Positions 1 to 11,323 of a stretch of 64,000 bases of DNA are shown in pieces. The stretch covers positions 1 to 64,000 of the forward strand of contig RQSC01000009.1 of the NCBI GenBank assembly GCA_013416795.1, given 5' to 3'. Within the stretch, counting starts at the first letter, position 1, and each line of letters starts with the position of its first letter. Below the pieces are notes generated by a model. The model saw nothing but the letters and a program-made list of their open reading frames with translations, was not told the DNA's origin and did no database searches. The translations under genes and the position numbers were made by a program. The DNA comes from Prasinococcaceae sp. CCMP 1430. Taxonomy: Eukaryota > Plantae > Prasinodermophyta.

Positions 1-1
1 G

Positions 2-1189
2 GCGGCGCAGCGCGCGCTCGACGCCAAGGCCGCCACCGTCGCCGTCGCGCTGCCGGAGGGCGCCGACGTCGCCACGGTGACGCGCGCGCTGCTCGTCGGC
101 GCCACCAAGGAGCAGCGCTTCAAGAAGGACGCCAAGGAGGGCACGCTCGAGTCGGTGGTGCTGTGCGTCGCGGGCGGGGCGAGCGACGCGGACGTCGCCG
201 CCGAGATCGCCGCGGGCAAGGCCGTGGCCGACGGCGTCGTGCTGTGCCGCGAGCTCGTCGACGGCCCGCCGAACTGCGTCAACCCGGCGGGCATGGCGCG
301 CGTCGCGCAGGACCTCGCCGCGCGCTTCGACAACCTCGAGTGCACCATCCTCGAGGCCGCCGACTGCGAGAAGCTCGGCATGGGCGCCTACCTGGGCGTC
401 GCCGCTGCGGGCGCGCCGCCCAAGTTCATCCACCTCACGTACACGCCGCCCGGCGGCGCCGAGGGCGAGCCCGTCGCCATCGTCGGCAAGGGCCTGACCT
501 TCGACTCGGGCGGGTACAACCTCAAGGCGGGCGCGGGCTCGATGATCGAGCTGATGAAGTTTGACATGGGCGGCAGCGCGGCGACGCTGGGCGCCGCCGC
601 GGCCGTGGCGGGCCTCGCGCCCGCGGGGCCCGCGGTGCACTTCATCGTGGCGAGCTGCGAGAACATGGTGTCGTGGAACGGCATGCGCCCCGGCGACGTG
701 CTCACCGCCTCCAACGGCACGACCATCGAGGTGAACAACACCGACGCCGAGGGCCGCCTCACGCTGTGCGACGCCATCGTCTACGCGCAGCGCAACGCCA
801 AGGCCACCAAGGTGGTGGACATCGCCACGCTCACCGGCGCGTGCATCGTCGCCCTCGGCGACGAGATCGGCGGCCTGTTCACCCCCTCGGATGAGATGGC
901 CGCCGCCCTCGAGGATGCGGGCGCGCGCGGCGGCGAGACGCTCTGGCGCATGCCCATGCGCGCCTCGTACAAGAAGGGCCTCGACAGCTCCATCGCCGAC
1001 ATGAAGAACACGGGCCCGCGCGCGGGCGGCTCCATCACCGCCGCCCTCTTCCTCAAGGAGTTCGTCGAGGAGGGCGTCGACTGGGCGCACCTTGACATCG
1101 CCGGACCCGTCTGGGACGGCAAGAAGAGCCTCGCCACCGGCTTCGGCGTTGCCACGCTCACGAACTGGGCGGTCGCCCAGGGCAAGTGA
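2..1189 (+). CDS. Leucyl aminopeptidase (M17 family), 5'-partial
   Basis: Frame is open from base 2. Motifs: GKGLTFDSGG, MKFDMGG, EVNNTDAEGRL, DIATLTGA, HLDIAG. Confidence 0.95.
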   Translation, partial: AAQRALDAKAATVAVALPEGADVATVTRALLVGATKEQRFKKDAKEGTLESVVLCVAGGASDADVAAEIAAGKAVADGVVLCRELVDGPPNCVNPAGMARVAQDLAARFDNLECTILEAADCEKLGMGAYLGVAAAGAPPKFIHLTYTPPGGAEGEPVAIVGKGLTFDSGGYNLKAGAGSMIELMKFDMGGSAATLGAAAAVAGLAPAGPAVHFIVASCENMVSWNGMRPGDVLTASNGTTIEVNNTDAEGRLTLCDAIVYAQRNAKATKVVDIATLTGACIVALGDEIGGLFTPSDEMAAALEDAGARGGETLWRMPMRASYKKGLDSSIADMKNTGPRAGGSITAALFLKEFVEEGVDWAHLDIAGPVWDGKKSLATGFGVATLTNWAVAQGK

Positions 1190-1402
1190 GAGGCCTCGGG
1201 GCGCGCGAGGCCGACGGCTCAAGGGGGGAAGGGGACATCCGCCCCGCCGCGATGCTCCCCGCCACACGCGCGCACGAGCGCGCGCACCAGGCGCCTAACC
1301 GCGGCGCTGCGCCCGTCACGCGCGCGCGATGACCGACCGGCCGCGTAACCCGCTTGACAAGGTCGGGGAGGTCCCTTCTCATTCGCATCGCCCGCGCGTG
1401 CA

Positions 1403-2335
1403 TTACTGCTCAGCCGCCGCGCGTCTCCGTCTCCGCGCCGCCGCGTACGCCCTCGCGATGCGCGAGCCCACGAGCGCGTTGTTTCTCACCAGCGCCACGT
1501 TGGCCGCCAGGCTCGCGCCGCGCGTCGTGTCGGCGACGTACTTGAGGATGAAGGGCGTCGTGTCGGCGCCGCTCACCCCGCGCCGCTCGGCCTCGGCGAC
1601 TGCGGCGGCCGTCGCAGCCTCCACCGGCGCAGCGTCAGCCTCGGCGTCCCGAGGCACAGGGACGGCGAAGAGCGCCCCCGACTCCATCCCCATCCTCTCC
1701 ATCGCCACGAGCATGTCCGCGCACTCCTCGGGCGTGTCGGCGCGCGCGGGCGCCCTGACCCCCGAGCTGCGCGTGAAGAAAGCCGGGAACTCGTCGGTGG
1801 CGTACGCGACGACCGGCACACCCTGCGTCTCCAGGTATTCGAGCGTCTTAGGCACGTCCAAGATGGACTTGGCCCCCGCGCACACCACTGCCACGCGCGT
1901 CCGCCCGAGCTCCGTCAGGTCGGCGCTCACGTCAAAGGTGCGCTCGGCTCCGCGGTGCACGCCACCGATGCCGCCGGTGACGAAGACACGCACGCCCGCA
2001 CGCGCAGCGAGCAGCATGGTGGCCGACACCGTGGTCGCACCCGTGTCACCAGAGGCGACGACGCGCGGCACGTCGCGCCGCGACGTCTTCTTCGCCCCGT
2101 GCCCGAGCTTCGCCAGCTCCTCCAGCTGCGCGTCGCTGATGCCCACTGTGGGCACGCCGCGCATGATTGCGACCGTCGCGGGCACGCACCCCTCCGCGCG
2201 CACGATGGCCTCGACCGCGCGCGCCGTGCGCACGTTCTCAGGGTAGGGCATCCCGTGCGAGATGATCGTGGACTCGAGCGCAACAACGGGTGCGCCACGT
2301 GCGAGCGCCGCCGCGACCTCGCCGGAGACGGCCAC
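1403..2335 (-). CDS. psuG: Pseudouridine-5'-phosphate glycosidase (IndA/PsuG family); true start unresolved
   Basis: Motifs: PVVALESTIISHGMPYPEN, GATTVSAT, FVTGGIGGVHRG, DVSADLTEL, GAKSILD. No in-frame ATG lies between the in-frame stop at 2399-2401 and the conserved N-terminus. Confidence 0.93.
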   Translation of the reverse strand: MAVSGEVAAALARGAPVVALESTIISHGMPYPENVRTARAVEAIVRAEGCVPATVAIMRGVPTVGISDAQLEELAKLGHGAKKTSRRDVPRVVASGDTGATTVSATMLLAARAGVRVFVTGGIGGVHRGAERTFDVSADLTELGRTRVAVVCAGAKSILDVPKTLEYLETQGVPVVAYATDEFPAFFTRSSGVRAPARADTPEECADMLVAMERMGMESGALFAVPVPRDAEADAAPVEAATAAAVAEAERRGVSGADTTPFILKYVADTTRGASLAANVALVRNNALVGSRIARAYAAARRRRRAAAEQ

Positions 2336-2340
2336 CGCCG

Positions 2341-2625
2341 GCGCGGGCGCGCAGGCGCAGCAGCAAAGCCAGCAGCAGCAGCAGCAGCAGCAGCAGGGTC
2401 AGCAGCACCGCGCGCCGCGCCACCAGCCGCGGGGGCAGCACCAACAGCGGAAACACTCCTCCTCAGGAGAAAAGGAAGCGGCGGCGGCGTGCCTCATCCA
2501 GTCGCGCTGGCGCGGGGCGCGCGAGCGCCGGCGGGCGGCGCTCACGGAGCTCGACGCGCTGGACGCCGCCAACCCGCGCGGCTGCGTGCTGCTCGCGCTG
2601 GGCGGCGCGGACTCCGACCCTGGTC
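2341..2625 (+). other. Orphan coding-like fragment: polyQ (CAG repeat) plus IQ calmodulin-binding motif
   Basis: Translates QQQSQQQQQQQQQGQQH...AAACLIQSRWRGARERRR, matching IQxxxRGxxxR. No ATG or splice context is apparent. Confidence 0.45.
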
Positions 2626-2680
2626 GTCGCTGGGGGGGGGGGAAGGGGCGGCGGTGGCTGTGGCAGGGGTTGCGATAGCG

Positions 2681-3906
2681 ATGGCAACGCTGACGAGCGA
2701 GCCATTTGGCGAAGTTGCGGGCGAGGGCGCCGCCACGCTGTACACGCTCACCGACAGACATGGCTTCGTGCTCAGCGTGACCGACTTCGGCGCCGCAATC
2801 GTGCGCTTCGTGGTGCCCGCGGAGCGCGGCGCCGTAGATGTCGCTCTCGGCTTCGACTGCGCGGAGGACTACGACGCGGGGGGCAAGCCCGGCCGGCCGT
2901 ACTTTGGCTGCGTCGTCGGCCGCGTCGCCAATCGCATCGGCGGCGCCAAGTTCTCGCTCGGCGGCGAGGACTACACCGTGCCGGCGAACGACGGCGCCAA
3001 CGCGCTCCACGGTGGGCCGAAGGGCTTCGATAGGCGCCTGTGGCGGAAGGTGGATGACGGTAGTGACAAGAGCGGGCAGCACATCACGTTCGAGCTCGTG
3101 AGCGAAGACGGCGACATGGGCTTCCCCGGCGAGGTCGTCGCGCGCGTGACGTACACGCTCGAGGGAAACGGCAGGCTGCGCACCCAAATGGAGGTGAGCT
3201 GCACGCAGCACGGCATCGCAACCGCGAAGCACAGCGCGCGGGCGCGTCCATCGGAGCGCGCATGGCGTGTGCCGCCGCGTCCCTCTGACTGCTCACAACT
3301 CGCGCTCTCGTCTCCCGACGCGTGCACGCCGTCGCCTCGCAGGCGACGACCACAAAAGAGACCCCGCTGTCGCTCGCACAGCACTGCTACTGGAATCTGG
3401 CCGGCCACGACGCGGGCACGACCGTCGACGCACACGTCCTCGAGATTTCGTCGAACGGCTACACAGCGAGCAATAGCGAGCTCATCCCGACGGCCGAGAT
3501 CGTTGACGTCACGGGCACGCCCTTCGACTTCAGGCTCGGCGTCGCACTCGGCAGCAGAGTCGAGGAGGCAGGCGGCTACGATCACAACTTCGTGCTCAGC
3601 CGGAACCGGTGCCGCCGCGGTGAGGACGTGAAGCGCTGCGCGCGCCTGAGCTGCGTATCCACTGGAGTGGCGTTTGAACTGTGCACCAACGCGCCCGGCG
3701 TGCAGTGCTACAGCGGCAACTTCCTCGACGGAGTCACCGGCAAACACGGCGCCGTGTACCACAAGCGTGGCGGGGTCGCACTCGAGACGCAGGGCTGGCC
3801 CAACGCCGTCAACGAGCTTTCGTTCCCGAGCGTCATCCTGCGGCCGGGGGAGACGTACGCGCACACCATGCTCCACGCGTTCACATGCGAAGCAGCCGCG
3901 GAGTGA
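2681..3906 (+). CDS. galM: Aldose 1-epimerase (galactose mutarotase), 2 exons
   Basis: Exons 2681-3193 and 3343-3906 (GTGAGC..CGCAG, phase 0). Motifs: YFGCVVGRVANRI, LHGG, HCYWNL, GYDHNF, ALETQ. Confidence 0.94.
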
Positions 3907-4022
3907 GCGTCGCGCCCACTCGTGCCCAGGGAGCGCGCCGTGGAATGCGCTCAACCCCCCACAGCGACGCTGGCGAGAGCCTGAGTTACCACGCCGCGAA
4001 GGCGGCGATGCACGATAGGTGT

Positions 4023-4032
4023 TGTAATTACA
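4023..4032. promoter_or_regulatory. Palindromic TGTAATTACA, giving a TGTAA poly(A) signal on both strands between convergent galM and PF20
   Basis: TGTAA is the green-algal near-upstream poly(A) element. It also occurs after other stops at 30460, 37695, 43452, 45227 and 55859. Confidence 0.5.
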
Positions 4033-4144
4033 TGTGCGCGCACGTCGCGCGCAGCAGCCTCCCACAGTGTCGGCGCAAGCCGCCAAGCTGCAAAGGGAGG
4101 GAGGTCGCGCAGCGCGCCGCACACGCTGCGCGGCATGCACACGA

Positions 4145-4175
<31 letters not shown>

Positions 4176-4374
4176 GCAGCGCGTCCTCCGCGCGCGCCGC
4201 CCCGACGCGCACCCCTCCACCAACGCACGTGCACATCCGGGCCGACCCGCCCTCCCAAGGGCGTCTGCGCGCGTTGCTGTGGAAAGGGCCTGGGTCGGTG
4301 GCTCCCTTCCTATCTCGTCTACGCATGGCATCGTCACTGCGCTCGCGCACGCTCCGGAGCGCGCGCGCTACCGC

Positions 4375-6152
4375 TCATCCGAAGAGGCGGAAAGTGTTGT
4401 CGCTGCCCGCGGTAATGAGCGAGCCGCTCGAGTCGAAGACGCACGCCTGCACGGCATCCTCGTGACCCTCGAGCTCCCTGACGAGCTCGAGCCCTCCAGC
4501 ATCGAGCGAATACACCTTCACGGTCGCGTCGTCGCTGGCGACCGCCAGCACCTCGCCCGAGCGGTCGAAGCAGCACTTGTTCGCCGGGTGCGAGCCCGCC
4601 TCGGCGCTGGCGCGCTCGGCCACCATGCGCACGTCCCAAAGCTTGACCACGCCGTCCGCATCGGTGGAGGCCACCGTGTCGGCCTGGGCGTTGAACGCCA
4701 CGTGGTTGCACGAGTTGAGGTGGCCATAGAAGGTCTGCACGCACAGGCCCGAGCGTGCATCCCACAGGCTGACGGTCTTGTCGCTCGAGCCCGTGCACAG
4801 CGTGTTGGTGCAAGGCATCCACGCGAGCGCGTTGACGCTGTCCACGTGCCCTCTGAAAGTCTGCCGGCAGCGCGCGGCCGTGAGGTCCCAGAGCCTCGCG
4901 CTGTGATCCAGCGAGCAGCTGGCCACAAAGTCGCCGCACTCGTGCATCGCCACGTCCCACACCGCCTGCGTGTGCTCTGACAGCGTCAGAACGCAACGGC
5001 TTGCCTCGAAGTCCCACAGCTTGACCGTGCAGTCGCCCGAGCTGCTCACCAGGTGCGCTCCGCGCGGATGAAAGTCCACGCCGCTCACCCAGTCGCGGTG
5101 GCCGTCGCCGCTCATTATGAGCTCGCCACCGGGCAGCCCCCACATCTTCCACGAGCGGTCGTCGCTCGCCGTCGCCACGATGGGCTTCTTCGGATGCATG
5201 ACCACGGATGACACGCTCATCAGGTGGCCCTTGAACGTCTTGCGCAGAGCCAGGCGCGAGGCCTCCACAGGCGGCACGATCGCGTACGCATGTGGGTTGT
5301 CGCGCGTATCGGGAGGCAGCGACGCGCCCCCCCTGAGCGTCTTGCCGCCAGCTTTGCCACCGCGGCTCGCGGCAGGCGCTTTGCCGCCCTGCATGCCCCC
5401 GCTGCCACCTCTCGCCACGTCCTTCTCGGCCCGCGCCGCCTGCTGCTGCTGTGCTCCCGCCGCACCGCCACCAGGGAGTGACTTCATGGTGCTCTCCATG
5501 GCCTCGACCTTTTGCACCATGCGGTCGCGCTCGAGGGTCGCCAGCATTTTCTCCTTCATTGCCGCCTCGTACTTGTGCCGCAGCTCCTTGATGGTTGGCT
5601 CGTACTGAGCATAGTGCGCCTTGAGCCGCTTCAGGTCCGTCACGAGCTTGTTCTTCTCCTGGCCCACGCGCCTGTGCTGCATGCGATGGAAGTCACGCTC
5701 CTTTCGGAACTTGTCCCACGTGCTCGTCGCCTTCGCCGCAATGGCCTTGGCCGCACCGAGCTCGGCGTTGAGCGCGCGCGCGGCGTCCTCGAGCTCCTGG
5801 TTCTTCATGTACACGTCGGGCACGGCGCCAACCTGCCCGTTGTCGATCTGGCCCTGCGTACCGAGCTCGTACCACTCAGTCTCGAACGTCTCTAATGTGC
5901 GGTGCATGCCCATCCTCACCAGGAAGTTGCGAATGAAATCGTCGACCACCTCTGGCAGCCTGGTGACGCGCGTGGACGTGCCGTCCTCCTCGGGACCGGC
6001 CGCGCTCGGACCGGCGTCACCGCCGGCGTTCGGCGGCTGCAGCGAGCGCAGCGCGGCCTCCAAGTCCTCGCTCGCCGCGTCATCGTCGTCAGCCTCCTCC
6101 ACCTCCACCTCCTCGTACACAAAGTCGTCGTCATCATCAGACAGGACCACCT
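4375..6152 (-). CDS. PF20: Flagellar central-pair WD40 protein PF20/SPAG16; first exon uncertain (candidate ATG near 6405)
   Basis: Acidic N-terminus, PEVVDDFIRNFLVRMGMHRTLETFETEWYE, coiled coil ERDFHRMQHRRVGQEKNKL, then about 7 WD40 repeats. CAG acceptor at 6153-6155. Confidence 0.9.
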
Positions 6153-7907
6153 CTGCGGGCGCACACGGCAGAGCGCGCGAGCGGCGCCGCACATGGGCGT
6201 GGCGCGGGCGTGCGTCGGGCGGATGTGCGCCGCGGCAGACGCGCGGGTGCAGGGCGGAGGCCACAAAGGCAGCGCAGTCAGTGTCGACGCTGGCGCTCGG
6301 GGGCAGCCGGCAGCTCGCAGCGGGCTGGCGCTTCCGGCGCGCTCCCCGGCCGCCTCGCTGCGGCGCGGCGCCGCGGCTCCGCCTCGCGCGCGCCTCGGTT
6401 TCCATTTCCCTCTTTCCGTTTCGTTCCGGAGCGCTCGCACGCGCAGAGCCCACGCGATGCGCGCGCGCGTGCGGCCCCGCACGGCCCGCGGCGCAGCGCC
6501 CGCGGCTGCCCGGTTCGGCAGCACACGCAGCCCCTCCGCGATGGGGCGAGCGCTCCGCCGCGGCGGCACGCGACCNCGGGTGACGCGGCCCCCTCCCCCC
6601 TCCCCCCCCAGGGGCCACAGCAGGCGATCGGGGAACGCGGCCGTGCCGAAAGCGGCTCCGGCTCCCCTGGCTGCCGCGGCCCGGGCCTGGCAATGGCACA
6701 CACACAGCAGGGAGTTCGATGCCCACGGGAGAGCTCCGTATGGACTGACAGATGAGGTCCCATGCCAACCTGGATGATGGCGCCGTGAGCAGCAGCAGCA
6801 GTGATGCGTGCGCGCGTGCGGGCCACCCACACGTTGCTCGGCGCGCCAATCATTTCGCCCCTCGGGCGCGGCGGCGCGCGCGCGCGCCGCGCGCGGCGGC
6901 GGCGCCACTCGCGGCCTCGGCCCCTACTTTGACCGAGGGAATCGCGCCGCGCGCGGGAAATCGCCGCAAAAGAAAAAGAAAAAGAAAAAGAAAAAACCTG
7001 ATGCGACCGGCGTGGGCGCGTGGGCACGCTCCACGCCGCAGGTTCGTTCGCATTCGAAGCGGACGACGACGCGCGGTACCAAAAAAAAAACAAAAGGGGT
7101 GGAAAAGGACGCCGCTCCAAAAAAAAAAAAAAAAGAGCTGTTGCGCCCCGCCGCCGCTTTTTGTGCGCGCAGCAGCGCCGAGGGGCCAGAGCGCGCGCGC
7201 GACGGCGCGCACCCTCCCCCCCTTTCCCCCTTTCCCCCCTTCCACCCCCCCATTCCCTGTGGGCGGGGAGGTCGGTGGCGAGGCGGAGGAGGAAGAGCGC
7301 GCCCGGCGGCGCCGGCCAGGGCGGGAGAAATGGCCAAGCGCGGCCGAGCAGCCGACGGCGCGCCGCAGTCGCCCACGGGGAGGTGCGGGCGCGCGCGCTT
7401 CGAACGCGCGAGGCGCGGGCGTGCGGGCGGCAGGGGAAGGCGGTGGGGGGGCGGGGGCGGCTGCGCGCGTGGTCTTGGGGCGGCGTGGGCGAGGTGGTGG
7501 CGGCGGGGAATGACGCGCTTGTCGACCTGTGATGGGTCCGGGCTCGCGCACGTGCGCGGTATCGCGCCGCGACTCGCCCCTCGCTCACTCGACGGGGCGC
7601 GAGTGCGGGCATCCGGAGCGTACGGTCCCGAAGCCGCCGCGGGCCAGGGGGCCGGCGCGCGCGCAACGAGCGGGGTGGGCCACCGCACCCTGGCGCCTGG
7701 GAAGGGCGAAACCGCCGCGCCGCAGCGGCGCAAAACGCAAGCCCCCGCCCCTGCGCTCGCTTGCGCACGCGGGTGGGTGGGTGGGTGGGGGGTGAAGTGC
7801 GCTCCACGCGATCCGCGGGCATCGCAGAAGTGCTGGTGCGCGCCAATTCGCCCGTCCAGACGAGCGCGGCCGCCCCGCGCATCGCGCTGCCGCGCGCTGT
7901 GCGCTCC

Positions 7908-9209
7908 ATGCTCGCGCTGACATTCGCGTTCAGAAGGGGCCTGGCCTCGCGCCTCTCCGGCGCCATCTCCGGTCTGCTCGGGAAGAGCCCGATGGCCGGT
8001 GACGGCGGCGCAGTACACACGCCGGTGCACGCCAGGCGCAAGCGCGCGTCGGGCGATGGCGCGCCGGACAGCTTAATTACGTCCGCGAAGAAGCGCCCGC
8101 GCGTGGACTACGACATGTCGACTCCGCCGCCGATAATGTCGCCTCTGGTTGGGGACGACGAGACGCCCGAGGCGACGCTGCCCGCAGTCGCCCACACAAT
8201 GCTCCCGACGGTCGAGAAGAGACAGAGGAGTCGCCTATCGACGCTCTTCTCCCCTGTGTTCAACGCGTTGGGGCTCGTGGCGTCAGGCGACGAGGAGAAG
8301 GCCGTGCAGCTGGGTGCAGAGGCTATGCTGAGCCCCGGCGTGCACGTGACGACCACCAGTCCGGCGAGCGTCGCCACGGGCGAGGACGGGACGCCTGGGG
8401 ACACGGCGACGGAAGCGGGGGGGTACGTGGACGTCAGCGCGGAGCCAGAGGTGCTAGAGGGAGAGCTAGATGACGAGGATGGCGCTAGGGAGGATGGTGA
8501 GGAGCAGGACGAGGGGCAGTACGAAGACGACGACTATGAGGACGAGGGCGAGTTCGATCCGTACTACTTCATCAAGTGCCTGCCCCCGGTCGAGACCATC
8601 ACGCTGCCGCACCCGCCCCTCCAGAACGCGCCGCGCACGCGCCGCAACAAAAAGATGTGCCTGGTGCTCGACCTCGACGAGACGCTGGTGCACAGCACGA
8701 TGGAGGCGCCTGGAAACGAGGACTTCTCATTCCCGGTCTTTTTCAACAACCAGAGCCACCAGGTGTACGTGCGCAAGCGCCCGCACGTGATGGAGTTTCT
8801 CACCAAGGTTGCGAAGATGTTCGAGGTGGTGGTGTTCACCGCGAGCGCCAAGGTGTACGCTGAGCAGCTGCTGGACATCCTCGATCCCAAGAAAGAGCTG
8901 ATTCGCCAGCGAGTGTACCGCGACAGTTGCGTGTACGTGGAGGGCAATTATCTGAAGGACCTGCGCGTGCTGGGCCGCGATCTGAGCCAGCTGGCGATCG
9001 TGGACAACTCTCCGCAGGCCTTCGGCTTCCAGATCGACAACGGCATCCCCATCGAGTCGTGGTTCGACGACATGAGGGACACCGCGCTGCTCGAGCTTCT
9101 GCCATTCCTCGAGAAGCTCGCGAAGGCGCACGACATCCGCCCGCTGATCCGCAAGCATTTCAAGCTACACCAGGTGATCAAACGCTCGAGGCCGACCGCG
9201 CGGTACTGA
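7908..9209 (+). CDS. SCP1-like small CTD phosphatase (NIF/FCP1 HAD domain, CTDSPL2-like)
   Basis: Motifs: LVLDLDETLVHS (DxDxT), VRKRP, VFTAS, YLKDLRVLGRDL, IVDNSP, NGIPIESWFDD. Confidence 0.92.
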   Translation: MLALTFAFRRGLASRLSGAISGLLGKSPMAGDGGAVHTPVHARRKRASGDGAPDSLITSAKKRPRVDYDMSTPPPIMSPLVGDDETPEATLPAVAHTMLPTVEKRQRSRLSTLFSPVFNALGLVASGDEEKAVQLGAEAMLSPGVHVTTTSPASVATGEDGTPGDTATEAGGYVDVSAEPEVLEGELDDEDGAREDGEEQDEGQYEDDDYEDEGEFDPYYFIKCLPPVETITLPHPPLQNAPRTRRNKKMCLVLDLDETLVHSTMEAPGNEDFSFPVFFNNQSHQVYVRKRPHVMEFLTKVAKMFEVVVFTASAKVYAEQLLDILDPKKELIRQRVYRDSCVYVEGNYLKDLRVLGRDLSQLAIVDNSPQAFGFQIDNGIPIESWFDDMRDTALLELLPFLEKLAKAHDIRPLIRKHFKLHQVIKRSRPTARY

Positions 9210-9570
9210 AGGGCCGGGCGGCGGCTCCCAGCAAGCGCATGGCCAAGCGGCGCTTTGAGGCACGCGTTGTACGAGAGCGGCACCAGTGCGAGGCATGTGA
9301 CGTCTCGTGCTCGAGCGACACGCACCCCGCGGCGCAGGAGCGCGGGTGCGTTGAGATGGAGCTCTTGTTTGCTCGCACATGCGGCCCTGGCTGTTAAAAG
9401 ACATATGAGCAAGGGCATCGTGACGCGAAACGTTGTGCACGCGCTGCGCGTGCGCCCGCCGCCACACCGCGCGCGCCGCGGCTCCGAGGCGCGCTGCCGC
9501 GAGCGCGCGGCGCGTGCCGCGCGCAGGGGCGCGCGGCGCGCTGCGCCCCTCCCCACCCTGGGCGTCCGCC

Positions 9571-11252
9571 ATGTCGCTGCGCGGCAGCGCGCTGGACGTC
9601 GTCGTGTACCTGGCGGTGATTGCGCACATGCTTGCGGCGCCGTACACCAAGGTGGAGGAGTCGTTCAACGTGCAGGCCTGTCACGATGCGATGCTGCTGG
9701 GCGCGTCGCCGTCTGCGCTGGGCGGATGGGACCACGTGCAGTTCCCCGGCGCGGTCCCGCGCACGTTTGTGGGCGCGCTGCTCTCTTCCGCGATCGGCGC
9801 CCCGGCTGCCGCGCTCGCGTGGTCGCGCGGCGCGCCGCTGATTGCGGGGCAGCTCTGCGCCCGCGGCGCCCTCGCGGCAATCTCCGTCGGAGCGTTCGCG
9901 TTGTTTAGGCATGCGACTCGCGACGCGCTCGGCGGCGGCGTGGGGCGCGCGCTCGCGCTCGTCGTGCTCGTGCAGTTCCACCTGCCCTTCTACATGAGCC
10001 GCTTCCTGCCCAACACGTTCGCGCTCGCGGTGGCGCACATAGCGACGGGCCTCGCGCTGCGCGAGCGGCCGTACGCGGCCCTCTCAACCATCGCGGCGGG
10101 CGCAGCGCTCTTTCGCTGCGACCTCGTCCTGCTGCTTGCACCCGTTGGCATCTGGCTGTGGCTGTTTCGGCCGCCCGGCAAGCGGGCGAGCTTCGCGCGC
10201 GCAGCGGCGTGCGCGGCCGGCGCTGCGGCTGCCGCGGCTGCGCTCAGCGTGGCTGTGGACTCGATCCTCTGGCAGCGCACGCTTTGGCCCGAGTTGGAGG
10301 TGCTGCTCTTCAACACCGTGGACAACCGCTCGTCTGAGTGGGGTACGTCGCCGCCATCGTGGTACTTGTATTCGGCGCTGCCCCGCGCACTGCTCGGCGC
10401 GATGCCGCTCGCGCTGGCGGGCTTCGTCCTCGAGCCTCGGGTGCGCGCCCCTGTGCTGTGCTCGGCGACTTTCATTGCGCTGTACAGCGCGTTGCCCCAC
10501 AAGGAGACGCGCTTTCTGTACCCTGCATTGCCGGCCTTCAACCTCGCCGCGGCAGTGGCTGTGGACCGCGCACTCAGGTGAGTCTCGCCGCGAGGCCGCG
10601 ATCGCGCCTCTGCATACATGCGGGCGGCAGCGCTATCGCCGCGTGCTCGTGTGTGTCCGTGCGCTCGCTGATACGATCCCTGAAATCGCCGCATGCCTCT
10701 CACACACGTCGGTCTCGCAGGGCTGCCGCGCCTCCGATCGCCAAGGGCAAGCGCCGCTCCGTGCAAGGCGCCCTGTGCGCGCTTGTTACCTTGGCCGCAC
10801 TCGCCGCTTCCGCGCTGGCCACCTGGGCGCTGTCCGCAGCCGCATGGCGCAACTATCCGGGCGGCGTAGCGCTCGCGCAGCTCCACAGAGCCGAGGGGCC
10901 CGCCGCGGCCGGCCTCAGCGTGCACGTAGAGAACCTACCTGCCATGACCGGCGCGAGTCGCTTCGGTGAGGAGGGGCGCGCGCGCGGCTGGACCTATGAC
11001 AAGACGGAGGGGCTTGAGGTGGGCGACTACCACCCGCGCGGGTACGACAGGCTCGTCACCGGCCACCGCGAGGTGCCTGGGTACCGATGCGCGTTCGCCG
11101 TCGACCAATTTTCGGGGTACGACCTGCCCTCCAAGGCAGACGTGCTCGAAGGCAGGCTATGGCCGCCGCTCGCGCTGCGCACGGCGCCAGCCGTGTTCGT
11201 GCATGAGCGCCTCGCGAACGCCACCGAGGTGCGCGGCTGCGCCGATCATTAA
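9571..11252 (+). CDS. ALG12: Dol-P-Man alpha-1,6-mannosyltransferase (GT22), 2 exons
   Basis: Exons 9571-10577 and 10721-11252. Motifs: PYTKVEESFNVQACHD, DHVQFPGAVPRTF, FHLPFYMSRFLPN, LPHKETRF, MTGASRFGE. Confidence 0.93.
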
Positions 11253-11323
11253 TAAAGCCGCCTCTGCGAGGCGAAAGAGGAAGGGGGGCTGCGAAGGGAT
11301 CGCCGCGTCGGCTCCGCGCGCTG

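Noticed and set aside
1403-3906. psuG-galM as a functional sugar/nucleoside cluster
   Set aside because: No shared pathway is evident, and the junction between them is itself suspect.
6278-7900. Several 200-590 aa Arg/Ala/Pro-rich ORFs
   Set aside because: Stop-poor GC-rich divergent promoter/UTR region with poly-A tracts; no domains.
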